From Elusimicrobia bacterium HGW-Elusimicrobia-3 (GTDB lineage Bacteria; Elusimicrobiota; Elusimicrobia; Elusimicrobiales; UBA9959): 64,000 nucleotides of DNA. The DNA lies in assembly GCA_002840355.1 (NCBI GenBank), contig PHAL01000003.1, forward strand, positions 7,808-71,807, given 5' to 3'. The notes beneath the pieces are model-generated. The model did no database searches. It was given only the letters and a program-made list of their open reading frames with translations, and was not told the origin of the DNA. Of this stretch, positions 8,668 through 19,443 are shown piece by piece. Position 1 is the stretch's first letter; every line of letters starts with the position of its first letter. The position numbers were made by a program, and so were the translations under genes.

Positions 8668-9441
8668 ATGGACGCTAGCCGGTCTTCCGGCTTTGCCCCC
8701 CCCGGGCCAGGCCCGGGACCTGTGAATTCAACGGAGGCGACCTTGTCGGAAAATTACTACACAGCGGGAAAGCACGACTACATGCTCTACCCGGACGACG
8801 ATTTCGCCGACTTCGTCTTTCGCCAGGTGGCCAAGCGCCTGGCCCCCGCCGACCTGACCGGCGAAGCCGTGGAACTGGGTGCCGGGATGGGCCGCTTTTC
8901 CGGGCCGCTGGTCAGAACCTACTCCGCGGTAGCCCTCGTCGAGCCCGCCGCCGACTACGCGAAATTCCTGAAGAAGCGCTTCCAGGCCGCCGCGGTTACG
9001 GTGCACCAGCTGGACGTGGCGCGTTTTTTCGCTGGGGACCTCTGCGCTAAGGCCTGCCCGGTCTACTGCTTCCACTTGGTACATCACCTCCCCGGGAACG
9101 ATCGTGACGTTCTTTTCGCCAGCGCCGCCGCGCGCAGGCATAAGCTGGTAATCATAGAACCGAACTACCTCAACCCCCTTTTCTTGCTGCAGCTCCTGCT
9201 GACGCCGGATATGCGCTGGCGGGAGGAAAAAGACTACCTCAGGCTGCACGGTCGCTATTTTAAAAAAATGGCGGCGGCGCACGGGCTGAAAGTCTCGGCG
9301 TACGCGCGCTTCTGTTTCTTCCCCCCCTCGCTCACCAACCGTCTGCTAAAGACGAAGTTCGGCGGTCTCCTGGAGTTCTTCGAACCGCTCTGCGCGCTGT
9401 TCGCCGGCTCCTACCGGGTTATCATAGTAGAGCCGGTTTGA
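8668..9441 (+). CDS. Class I SAM-dependent methyltransferase
   Basis: SAM motif I 'AVELGAGMGRF'. Start ambiguous: ATG 8668, or TTG 8743 with GGAGG 5 nt upstream. Confidence 0.75.
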   Translation: MDASRSSGFAPPGPGPGPVNSTEATLSENYYTAGKHDYMLYPDDDFADFVFRQVAKRLAPADLTGEAVELGAGMGRFSGPLVRTYSAVALVEPAADYAKFLKKRFQAAAVTVHQLDVARFFAGDLCAKACPVYCFHLVHHLPGNDRDVLFASAAARRHKLVIIEPNYLNPLFLLQLLLTPDMRWREEKDYLRLHGRYFKKMAAAHGLKVSAYARFCFFPPSLTNRLLKTKFGGLLEFFEPLCALFAGSYRVIIVEPV

Positions 9442-9546
9442 GCCGCGTTTCTCTAGCGAGCGCCCCCGGGCCCCCGGCCGCTTCTTTGCCCCCTCCGCTA
9501 TATAGTAAAATTAAATTATATAGCCGGTATGGAGCGACCTCAGGGG

Positions 9547-11415
9547 ATGAGCAAAAAAGTACTAGGCATTTCCGCCTTCTATCATGATTCCGCCGCCGCC
9601 ATCACGGAGGACGGCCGCGTGATCGCCGCGGCCCAGGAAGAGCGGTTCACCCGCAAGAAGCACGACCCCGGGTTCCCCTCCAAAGCCGTAGCCTTCTGCC
9701 TGCGCCAGAGCGGCTTCGCCCTCAAGGACCTCGACGCGGTGGTCTTCTACGACAAGCCGCTGCTCAAGTTCGAGCGCCTGCTCGAGACCTATTACGCTTT
9801 CGCCCCGCGCGGCTTCGCCTCTTTCGCCGCCGCCGCGCCGGTCTGGCTCAAGGAAAAACTTTTCCTGCGCCGGCTGATAAAGGAGAAGCTGGCCGAGGCC
9901 GGCGGCGACCCGGCCGCCGCTCCCAAGCTGCTGTTCACGAGCCACCACCTCTCGCACGCGGCCAGCGCGTTCTACCCGTCCCCGTTCGAGAAAGCGGCCG
10001 TGCTCACCGTTGACGGCGTGGGCGAATGGGCCACCGCCTCCATCTCGCTGGGCGAGGGGAGTTCCCTGAAGATGCTCAAGGAGCTCAAGTTCCCGCATTC
10101 CGTAGGGCTGCTCTACTCCGCTTTCACCTACTACCTCGGCTTCAAGGTCAATTCCGGCGAGTACAAGCTGATGGGCCTGGCCCCCTACGGCGCGCCCGGT
10201 TCCGAGAGCGTGAAGGATTTCGAGCGGCTTATCAGGGAGAACTTGGCCTCCATAAAAGAGGACGGCTCCGTCTTCCTGAACCAGGACTATTTCGACTACG
10301 CCACCGGCCTGAAAATGACCCGCGACAGCGCGTGGGAACGCCTGTTCGGCTTCCCGCCGCGCGGCGCCGAGAGCGAGCTGGAGCAGCGCCACTGCGACCT
10401 GGCGATGGCCATACAGAACGTCACCGAAGAAATAGTGCTCAAGATGGCCGCCGAGGCCCGGCACCTGACCGGCGCGGAGAACCTCTGCCTGGCCGGCGGC
10501 GTGGCGCTCAACTGCGTGGCCAACGGCAAACTGCTGCGCTCGGGCATCTTCAAGGAGATCTGGCTGCAGCCCGCGGCCGGCGACGCCGGCGGCGCGCTGG
10601 GCGCCGCGCTGGCCGCCGCCCACTGCTATTTCGGTGTACCGCGCCGCCCGGAGCCAGGCCGCGACGCGATGGCGGGTTCCTACCTGGGCCCCGAATTTTC
10701 GAAACTGGATATCCTCAATGCCGCGGCCCGGCACAAAGCGGTCTACACGCGCTACGACGATTTCGGCCGGCTCTGTGCCGACGCCGCCGGGCTGATGGCC
10801 AAGGGCGGCGTGGTAGGCTGGTTCCAGGGCCGCATGGAATGGGGCCCGCGCGCGCTGGGCAACCGCGCCATCCTCGGCGACTCGCGCGACAGCGAGATGC
10901 AGAAGCGCCTCAATCTCAGGATCAAGTACCGCGAGGGCTTCAGGCCCTTCGCGCCCTCGGTGCTGTGGGAGCGCACGAAGGACTACTTCGACATCGACGC
11001 CTCCTCCCCCTACATGCTGCTGATAGCCGACGTGACTGCGGCGCGCCGCAACCCGCTGCCGGACGGCTACCACTCCCGGCCGCTCAAGGAAAAACTGGAT
11101 TTCGTCCGCTCGGACATCCCCTCCGTCACCCACCTGGACTATTCCGCCCGGCTGCAGACCGTGCACAGGGAAACCAACCCCCGCTACTGGGAATTGATAG
11201 AGGCTTTCCGCAAAGAAACGGGTTACGGCCTGCTGGCGAACACCAGCTTCAACGTGCGCGGCGAGCCCATAGTCTGCACTCCGGAGGACGCCTACCGTTG
11301 CTTCATGCGCACCGAGATGGACTACCTGGTGATGGGCGACTTCCTCTTCGAGAAGAAGGCGCAGCCGGCCTGGGACGACAGCTCCAAATGGAAGGAAGAG
11401 TACACCCTTGACTAA
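9547..11415 (+). CDS. Carbamoyltransferase (NodU/CmcH family)
   Basis: 'KVLGISAFYHDSAAA...AAQEERFTRKKHD' N-terminus, and the length (~620 aa) is typical of NodU/CmcH O-carbamoyltransferases. Confidence 0.9.
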   Translation: MSKKVLGISAFYHDSAAAITEDGRVIAAAQEERFTRKKHDPGFPSKAVAFCLRQSGFALKDLDAVVFYDKPLLKFERLLETYYAFAPRGFASFAAAAPVWLKEKLFLRRLIKEKLAEAGGDPAAAPKLLFTSHHLSHAASAFYPSPFEKAAVLTVDGVGEWATASISLGEGSSLKMLKELKFPHSVGLLYSAFTYYLGFKVNSGEYKLMGLAPYGAPGSESVKDFERLIRENLASIKEDGSVFLNQDYFDYATGLKMTRDSAWERLFGFPPRGAESELEQRHCDLAMAIQNVTEEIVLKMAAEARHLTGAENLCLAGGVALNCVANGKLLRSGIFKEIWLQPAAGDAGGALGAALAAAHCYFGVPRRPEPGRDAMAGSYLGPEFSKLDILNAAARHKAVYTRYDDFGRLCADAAGLMAKGGVVGWFQGRMEWGPRALGNRAILGDSRDSEMQKRLNLRIKYREGFRPFAPSVLWERTKDYFDIDASSPYMLLIADVTAARRNPLPDGYHSRPLKEKLDFVRSDIPSVTHLDYSARLQTVHRETNPRYWELIEAFRKETGYGLLANTSFNVRGEPIVCTPEDAYRCFMRTEMDYLVMGDFLFEKKAQPAWDDSSKWKEEYTLD

Positions 11416-11496
11416 GGCCGATATTAAAAACTCCGCGCTCGCGGGCTCCAGACTGGGGACCTGCCCCGGTAACCGCTCCAGGGGATACTCACAACT

Positions 11497-11646
11497 ATGG
11501 ATTTTCTAAAAGATACGGTCGGCCTGCTGCGGGAGCGCAAGAAATGGTGGTTGCTGCCTATCATACTGGCGCTGCTGGCCATAGGCGCGCTGATAGTTTT
11601 CACCAGCGGCTCGGCGGTGGCGCCGTTCATCTACACCCTCTTCTGA
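11497..11646 (+). CDS. DUF5989-family small membrane protein (49 aa), absent from the supplied ORF track
   Basis: Own translation: MDFLKDTVGLLRERKKWWLLPIILALLAIGALIVFTSGSAVAPFIYTLF. This matches the small protein that usually follows carbamoyltransferase genes. The stop lies 1 nt before the next ATG. Confidence 0.8.
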   Translation: MDFLKDTVGLLRERKKWWLLPIILALLAIGALIVFTSGSAVAPFIYTLF

Positions 11647-11647
11647 T

Positions 11648-12016
11648 ATGAACAGGCTCGAAACGCTCAAAACCCTGAACATCCTGGCCCTGGCGGCGCT
11701 GGTCTTCAGCTTCATCTTCGGCGCGGCCTGGCTGACCTGGCTGGCGGCGCTGCTGCTGCTGGCCGCCGCCTCCGACAATCCGGTGGGCCGCGGCATAGCC
11801 TCAGGCTGGCTGAAGTTCGCCGCCCGGCTCGGGCACTTCAACACGCGGGTGCTGCTGTTCCTGATCTACTGGCTGGTGCTGACCCCGGTAGCCCTCGTCT
11901 ACCGGCTGTTCAACAGAAAGGCCGTGGACCATTTCAGGCGGGACCCTGGCGGCTCGCTGTTCGCCGACATCCCGGCCGACGCCTGCTCGAAGGAAAGTTT
12001 CGAAAAGCCCTGGTAG
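11648..12016 (+). CDS. SxtJ-like membrane protein
   Basis: 122 aa with 3-4 TM helices. '...FLIYWLVLTPVALVYRLF' resembles the SxtJ family, which commonly co-occurs with carbamoyltransferase and DUF5989. Confidence 0.65.
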   Translation: MNRLETLKTLNILALAALVFSFIFGAAWLTWLAALLLLAAASDNPVGRGIASGWLKFAARLGHFNTRVLLFLIYWLVLTPVALVYRLFNRKAVDHFRRDPGGSLFADIPADACSKESFEKPW

Positions 12017-12043
12017 AAGCCCGAAGCCGGGCAAGGACGGTTT

Positions 12044-13092
<1,049 letters not shown>

Positions 13093-13096
<4 letters not shown>

Positions 13097-14184
13097 AAGT
13101 ACTCATCACCGGCGTCTGCGGTTATGTCGGCAGCCGCATAGCGGCCCGCCTGGCGGAAGCCTCCCGGGGAATGGAGATCTTCGGCGTGGACAACCTCTCG
13201 CGCCGCGGCTCCGAAACCAACCTGCCCTTTCTCGAGCAGCGCGGCGTCCGCTTCTTCCACGGCGACGTGCGCCTGGCCGAAGACCTGGACGCCCTGCCGC
13301 AGGCCGACTGGGTGGTGGACTGCGCGGCCAACCCGTCCGTGATGGCGGGCCTGGCTCCCGGCACCGCCACGCCGCAGCAGCTGACCGCCATTAACCTGGG
13401 CGGCACGCTGAACCTGCTCGAATATTGCCGCCGGCGCGTCAGCGGCCTGGTGCTGCTGAGCACCAGCCGGGTCTACTCCGGCTCCGCGCTCAACGCCATC
13501 CCTTTCAAAAAGACCGCGACCCGCTTCACCCCGGCCGGGCGCGGCCTGCCGCCCGGCTTCACGGCCCGCGGCGTGGCCGAGAGCTTCTCCACCGCGGCGC
13601 CGCTGTCCCTCTACGGCGCCACCAAGCTGGCCTCCGAGGTGATGGCGCAAGAGTACGCCTGCGGCTTCGATTTCCCGCTGTGGATAAACCGCTCGGGCGT
13701 GATAGGCGGCCCGGGCCAGTTCGGCAAGGCCGACCAGGGCATCTTCTCCTACTGGGCCTGCGCCTATGCCCTGGGCCGGCGGCCGAAGTTCATCGGCTAC
13801 GGCGGCCGCGGCCTGCAGGTGCGCGACTGGGTCTCCGCCGAGGAAGTGGCGGAGCTGATACTGAAGCAGCTCAAATCCCCCTCCGCGAAAGCGCCCCGCA
13901 CCGTCAATATCGGCGGCGGGCAGGATAATTCCATGTCGCTGCGCGAGCTGGACGATTTCTGCCGGGATTTCTTCGGGGCCTCCGGGAAGACGGCGGGCGT
14001 GGCGGCCACGCGCCCCAACGACGTACCGTACTACGTCACCGACGCCGCGCTGGCGCGGCGGCACTGGGGCTGGAACCCCTCCGAGTCGAACGGGGCGCGC
14101 CTCGAGCGCACCTGCCGCTGGGCGCTGGAGAACCAAGAGCTCATAAAGCGCTGGTGGGACGGCGAAAAGACGGCTACAACATGA
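13093..14184 (+). CDS. NAD-dependent epimerase/dehydratase (extended SDR, CDP-paratose 2-epimerase-like)
   Basis: '[14 protein letters not shown]' and '[16 protein letters not shown]' (compare 'DNLSRKG' in RfbE-type epimerases). GTGA overlap with the upstream gene. Confidence 0.8.
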
Positions 14185-15563
14185 AGATCATCCTAGCGAC
14201 CCCGCTGATGAAGGAGCGCCGGGCGGACCTGCAGTATATCCCGCTGGGCCTCGCCTACCTGGCCAGCGCCCTAAAAAAGGCGGGACACCAGGTTTCCATA
14301 CTCGATGTCAGGGCGGAAAAGCTCGACGATGCCCAGGTGATAGCGCGGATCGAGAAAGATCCGCCGCAACTCTTCGGCGTCTCCTCCAACACCTGCCAGA
14401 TCCGAGAAGCCACGGCGCTGCTGGACCTGGTCAGGCGGCGGTTCCCCGCCATCACCACCGTGCTGGGCGGGCCGCACATTTCGGCGTTGCCGGAACGCAC
14501 GCTTCAAGAACAGCCCTCCATAGATATCGGCGTGGTGGGCGAGGGCGAGATAACGGTCGTGGAGTTGTGCGCGGCCCTTGAAAAAGACGCCCCGCTGCGC
14601 GATATAGCCGGGTTGGTCTTCCGGGACGGCGGCGATATCGTCCTGACTTCCCCCCGCGCCATGATTGCGGATATTGACTCAATTCCATTCCCGGACCGCG
14701 ACGCTTTCCCGATAGCGATATATAACAGCCATATCATCGAGTATATGGCCAAGCCGATCACCTCGGTCATCACCACGCGCGGCTGTCCCCACCAGTGCAC
14801 CTTCTGCTGCAAATCCGTTTTCGGGTCCAAGCAGCGGCTGCGCAGCGCCGGGAACGTCATAGAGGAGCTCCGGGTACTGATAGAGGAACAGCATTACCGC
14901 GAGATCCATATCATCGATGACAATTTCACGTTCGACACAGAGCGCGCCAGGGCCATCTGCAGCGAGATCATCGCCAGGGGCTGGAAAGTGTATTTCTCCC
15001 TCACCAACGGCGTCAGGGTCAACAATTTCGACGACAGCCTCGCGGCGCTCCTGCGGAAGGCCGGCTTCTATTCCCTCTGGTTCGGCGTTGAGAGCGGTGA
15101 CCCCGAAGTGCTCAAGGGCATCAAGAAAGGCATACAGTTGGACCAGGTCCGGCGGGCGGTCGCCACGGCCAAGCGTCACGGCTTTTTCACCGGCATGTTC
15201 TTCATCGTGGGCCTGCCCGGTTCCAGCCCGAAGAGCGAAGAGATGTCCCTGGCCCTGGCGCGGGAGCTTGATCCGGACGTCATAGGCGTGGGGATCTTCA
15301 CCTCTTACCCCGGCTCGGACCTGTATAACCGCGCTTCCTCCTCCGACTGGGCGCATTACCGGCACGATTTTTCAGGGCACCATTTCACCGGGGAGCAGTT
15401 TGACGAGGCCTACATCCTGAAGCAGTTCGACATGCTCTCACAGAGGTTCTACTTCCGGCCGGCGTATTATACGGGCCTGATAAGGCGTCACGGGATGCTT
15501 GGGGTACGCCGAATCTGGATCAATTTCAAGAATTTCCTGTTCCGCCGTCTCAACCTGCAGTGA
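14181..15563 (+). CDS. B12-binding domain radical SAM protein (class B rSAM, COG1032 type)
   Basis: N-terminal cobalamin-binding-like Rossmann region, then 'TTRGCPHQCTFCC' (CxxxCxxC). ATGA overlap with the upstream SDR. Confidence 0.85.
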   Translation: MKIILATPLMKERRADLQYIPLGLAYLASALKKAGHQVSILDVRAEKLDDAQVIARIEKDPPQLFGVSSNTCQIREATALLDLVRRRFPAITTVLGGPHISALPERTLQEQPSIDIGVVGEGEITVVELCAALEKDAPLRDIAGLVFRDGGDIVLTSPRAMIADIDSIPFPDRDAFPIAIYNSHIIEYMAKPITSVITTRGCPHQCTFCCKSVFGSKQRLRSAGNVIEELRVLIEEQHYREIHIIDDNFTFDTERARAICSEIIARGWKVYFSLTNGVRVNNFDDSLAALLRKAGFYSLWFGVESGDPEVLKGIKKGIQLDQVRRAVATAKRHGFFTGMFFIVGLPGSSPKSEEMSLALARELDPDVIGVGIFTSYPGSDLYNRASSSDWAHYRHDFSGHHFTGEQFDEAYILKQFDMLSQRFYFRPAYYTGLIRRHGMLGVRRIWINFKNFLFRRLNLQ

Positions 15564-17101
15564 CCGCGCCGCAAACTATGTCTATGTCTTTTTTTATCTT
15601 TAACCCCCTCTACTCGTCCCGGCTCGGGGACAAGCACGAGAAATATTTCATCCGCTCAGGCTCGCGCTGGCCGCATTCCGGCATCAAGCGGCGCGGGCGG
15701 CTGCCGCATTACCTGCCTTTCCCCTTCTTCCTCGCCTACGCCGCCGCCTGGCTAAAACGCGACGGTTTCTCCGTGGTCTGCTGCGACTGCGTGGCGCTGG
15801 ACCTGCCGCTCGCCGGCCTGCTGAAAAAGATCTCCGCTGAAAAGCCGGAAGCGGTGTTCTTCGAGACCGCCACCGCCACCATCAAGCATGACCTCTCGCT
15901 GGCGGCCGAGATAAAGCGCCTGCTGCCGGAGACCAAGGTGATACTCGGCGGACCTCACAGCACGGTCTTCCCCGAACAGACCCTTGCGGAGAATCCGGCC
16001 GTGGATTTCATCCTGACCGGAGAGTACGAGGAAGCCCTGGCCGAACTCGCCGCCGCCATGAGGGATTCCTTATCTTTTGACGCGATCAAAGGCCTGGCCT
16101 GGCGCGCTCCTGCCGGCCCGGTAAGCAACGGCCGCCGCCCGCTTATCGAGCCCCTCGACAAACTGCCGGCCCCGGCCTACGACCAGTTCCCTGCCACCTG
16201 GCAGCCCGATCCCGCCGTATACTGGGACGGCTTCTGCCAGCACCGGCCCGCCATACAGATGCACGCTTCGCGCGGCTGCCCGTACCGCTGCGACTTCTGC
16301 CTGTGGAACCAGGTTATGTACGCCAACGGCCGCTACCGCACCTTCAGCCCGGCGCGGATAGCCGCGGAGATGCTGGCCCTGAAGGAGCGCTACGGAGCGA
16401 AAGAGATCTATTTCGACGACGACGATTTCACCATCATAGCCGCCCACGTCGACGCCCTGTGCGCAGAGATAAAGCGCCTCGGCCTGAAAGTAAAGTGGTC
16501 CTGCATGGGAGACGCGATAAACCTGACCCCGGAGCTCGTCGGCAGGATGGCTGACGCGGGTTGCGTGGGCATCAAGTTCGGCGTCGAGACCGGCAGCCCG
16601 CGGCTGCTGGAGACGCTGGGCAAGCCGGTGGACCTGGCCAGGGTGAAGCTCGTGACGCGCTGGTGCGCGGCCCGCGGCATAAAGACCCACGCCACCTTCT
16701 CTCTCGGCCTCTTCGACGACGACCTGGCCAGCGTCGGCGAGACCCTCGCCTTCATGGAGTCGCTAGACTCCGACACCATCCAGGTCAGCGTCTGCACCCC
16801 TTTCCCGGGCACGCGCTTCTTCGACAAGGCCGACAAGGCCGGCCTGCTGAAGACCCGCGACTGGGAGAAATACGACGGCAAGGCCAGCGGCGTGGCCAGC
16901 CACCCGGCGCTGGACCTCGACGAGGTGGAGAAACTGCGCTCCCGCGCGCTGCGGCGCTGGCTGCTGCGCCGGCTGACCTCTCCCGGCTGGGTTTTCCGGC
17001 AGGCGAGATATTTCTTCCGGGTACTGCTCGGGCTGGGCCCGGCCTTCATGTTCGGGCAGCTGCGCGACATCTTCGAGGAGGAACGCCGGCTAGGCGGCTG
17101 A
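15560..17101 (+). CDS. B12-binding domain radical SAM protein (second paralog)
   Basis: 'ASRGCPYRCDFCLW' CxxxCxxC follows a B12-binding-like N-terminal domain. The GTG start overlaps the previous stop (GTGA). ATG 15578 is an alternative start. Confidence 0.85.
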   Translation: MTAPQTMSMSFFIFNPLYSSRLGDKHEKYFIRSGSRWPHSGIKRRGRLPHYLPFPFFLAYAAAWLKRDGFSVVCCDCVALDLPLAGLLKKISAEKPEAVFFETATATIKHDLSLAAEIKRLLPETKVILGGPHSTVFPEQTLAENPAVDFILTGEYEEALAELAAAMRDSLSFDAIKGLAWRAPAGPVSNGRRPLIEPLDKLPAPAYDQFPATWQPDPAVYWDGFCQHRPAIQMHASRGCPYRCDFCLWNQVMYANGRYRTFSPARIAAEMLALKERYGAKEIYFDDDDFTIIAAHVDALCAEIKRLGLKVKWSCMGDAINLTPELVGRMADAGCVGIKFGVETGSPRLLETLGKPVDLARVKLVTRWCAARGIKTHATFSLGLFDDDLASVGETLAFMESLDSDTIQVSVCTPFPGTRFFDKADKAGLLKTRDWEKYDGKASGVASHPALDLDEVEKLRSRALRRWLLRRLTSPGWVFRQARYFFRVLLGLGPAFMFGQLRDIFEEERRLGG

Positions 17102-17102
17102 T

Positions 17103-18245
17103 ATGCGCGTCATAGTCTCCACCCACGACTCCATGGCCCCCATCAGGGGCGGCGGCGCCCTGCGCACGCTCAAGTGCGCGGTCGAGTTCAGGCGGCGCGG
17201 GCATGACGTCCTCATCATTGCGCCCACCGACGGCATAGGCGAATTGGAGGGCATAAAGACCCACTGGCTGCACGCCCCGCGCAAGCAGCGCTCCCAGATC
17301 CTTTCCTCGCTCAAATTCAACGTGCGCCTGCTGCGCAAGTTCCTGCAGTTCGCCGGGCAGACCGATCTTTTCTTCGTGCATAACACGATAGCGGCCGCCA
17401 CGCTGCCTTTCCTGCGGCCTTTCTTTCCTTTTAAGTTCGTCCTGGACGTCACCGACGTGCACGCGGAATACCTGGCCGCGGCCAAGTGCAACGTTATAGA
17501 GCGCCTGCTTACGCCGCTGATCCTTGCGGCCGAGTACTGGATCATCAACAGCGCCGACCACGTCATAGTGGTGACCGAGGCGATGAAGGAGCTGCTGATC
17601 AAAAACCGCGTCCCCGCCCGGAAGATCTCCGTGGTCTACGACGCCGCCGAGACCGACAAGATCTCCCCGGAGAAGGCCCCGGGCTCCGAGAAGGCCGTGA
17701 TACACCTCGGCAGCGTGGACCGCCAGCACGGCGTGGACCTCTTTATCCGCGCGATGCCGCTCATAGCGGCCAGGCATCAGGACGTAAAGTTCATGGTGGT
17801 AGGAGGCGGCCGCGAGCTGCCCAACGTGATGGCCCTGGCCGGCGAGCTGGGGGTGGCCGACCGCTGCCTCTTCACCGATTACCTGCCTTGCGGAGAGGCC
17901 CGGGGCTACATGCGCGAAGCCGCCATAGGCGTTATTCCCCGCCTCGATACCCTGCCTAACAGGATAGTCACCACGCTCAAGATCTACGAGTACTGGGCCG
18001 GGGGCCTGGCCTCCGTATCGTCGCGCATGGACGGTATAGCCGAGATAGCCGAGGACGGCCGCGACATTCTATTCTTCCCCTCCGGGGACGCGAAAGCGAT
18101 GGCGGACGCGGTCTGCCGGTTGCTGGAGGACGAAGGCCTGCGGCGCGGTATAGCCGCGGGCGGCCTGGAGACGGTTAAAAAGCATACCTGGGAGAATACC
18201 ACCCCCAGGATAGTGGACATTGCGATACAAAATGGAAAACGCTAA
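17103..18245 (+). CDS. GT-B fold glycosyltransferase (family 4/1)
   Basis: 380 aa. 'GGGALRTL...HDVLIIAP' N-terminus and a C-terminal 'E..G...IEA'-like GT1/GT4 region. Starts 1 nt after the upstream stop. Confidence 0.8.
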   Translation: MRVIVSTHDSMAPIRGGGALRTLKCAVEFRRRGHDVLIIAPTDGIGELEGIKTHWLHAPRKQRSQILSSLKFNVRLLRKFLQFAGQTDLFFVHNTIAAATLPFLRPFFPFKFVLDVTDVHAEYLAAAKCNVIERLLTPLILAAEYWIINSADHVIVVTEAMKELLIKNRVPARKISVVYDAAETDKISPEKAPGSEKAVIHLGSVDRQHGVDLFIRAMPLIAARHQDVKFMVVGGGRELPNVMALAGELGVADRCLFTDYLPCGEARGYMREAAIGVIPRLDTLPNRIVTTLKIYEYWAGGLASVSSRMDGIAEIAEDGRDILFFPSGDAKAMADAVCRLLEDEGLRRGIAAGGLETVKKHTWENTTPRIVDIAIQNGKR

Positions 18246-19443
18246 GAAATATTTCGTGCCCGGCGTACTGGCCGTCTCTTTCCTGGCCCGGGCCGCTTAC
18301 GCCCTCTATACGGGAAACGCCTTCATTTTTCCGGACGAAGGGGTATACCATGGCCTGGCCCGCAGCATGCAGACCTCACCCGATTGGGGAGGCCTGTTCC
18401 ACAACCGGGAACCTCTTTACCCCGCTCTGATCTGGCTAACCTACAAAGTCACCGGGCCGTTCCCGCTAGCCGTGAAACTGCTGCAGGCCGCGCTTTCCAC
18501 GGCCTCCGTTTACCTGCTTTACAGGACGGCCGCGGGCCTCTTCGGCCGCGGCGCCGGCCGCCTCGCGCTGCTGGCCGCCGCTTTCTACCCCTTCACCATT
18601 TTTTATGACGCTCGCCTGCTGCGGGAGAACCTCCTGGTCTTCCTCGGCGTCGCCGCGCTCTACTTCGCGCTTAAACCGGGCGGCACGGTCCGCGGCACGG
18701 CCGCCGCCTCGGCCATAGCCGGCATAGCCGTCATGGCCAAGACCATCTTTCTCTTCTACTGGCTGCCGGTACTGCTGGCGGGCCTGGCCTTCAGGAAGCT
18801 CAAGCCTGCCGCGGCGCTGGCCGGCGCGGCGGCCTTCCTGGCGGCTGTTTCCCCCCTGCTCATCTACAATTATTCGCACACCGGCAAAGCTTTCCTTACC
18901 AGGGGACAGATGCACAATGTCTATGTCCCGATCATACTGGACATGGACATTCCAGGCAGCCCCGGCGAGAACGAGGCCCTCCTGGCCATTCCGCATTACA
19001 AAACCGGCATGGCCCTGCCCGAAGCGGAGCGGGACGCCTATTTCAAGCCCCTGATACTGGAGGAGATCCGGCTGCGGCCGGGGAATTTCGCCCGGCGCTG
19101 CGCCTGGCGCTTGCTCAAGCTCTGGCGCCCCTACCCGCACAGGGGCATGAACTACGAGGCCGGCTCCTGGGCCCTGCTGACCGCGGTCAGCCTGCTCAGC
19201 GACGGCTGGCTGATCCCGCTGGGCTTCTGGGCGGCGTTCGCGCTGCGCCGCAGAATAGGCGAGCTTTACCCTGTCTATATTTACGTACTTTCCTTCACGC
19301 TGATATACTCTCTGTCGTGGAGCCAGATCCGGTACAGGCTGCCGCTCATGCCGGCCCTGCTGCTGCTGGCCGCCCCGCTGCTGGCGGCCGCCGCCGCACG
19401 GCTTAAGCTGGATTTCTTTAAGGAAGACCTGAAAAAATGCTAA
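18232..19443 (+). CDS. GT-C fold membrane glycosyltransferase (ArnT/PMT-like)
   Basis: About 400-aa polytopic membrane protein with an early 'FPDEGVYHGLA' periplasmic loop motif, similar in style to ArnT/PMT_2 proteins. ATG 18232 overlaps the GT4 gene by 14 nt. Confidence 0.65.
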   Translation: MENAKKYFVPGVLAVSFLARAAYALYTGNAFIFPDEGVYHGLARSMQTSPDWGGLFHNREPLYPALIWLTYKVTGPFPLAVKLLQAALSTASVYLLYRTAAGLFGRGAGRLALLAAAFYPFTIFYDARLLRENLLVFLGVAALYFALKPGGTVRGTAAASAIAGIAVMAKTIFLFYWLPVLLAGLAFRKLKPAAALAGAAAFLAAVSPLLIYNYSHTGKAFLTRGQMHNVYVPIILDMDIPGSPGENEALLAIPHYKTGMALPEAERDAYFKPLILEEIRLRPGNFARRCAWRLLKLWRPYPHRGMNYEAGSWALLTAVSLLSDGWLIPLGFWAAFALRRRIGELYPVYIYVLSFTLIYSLSWSQIRYRLPLMPALLLLAAPLLAAAAARLKLDFFKEDLKKC

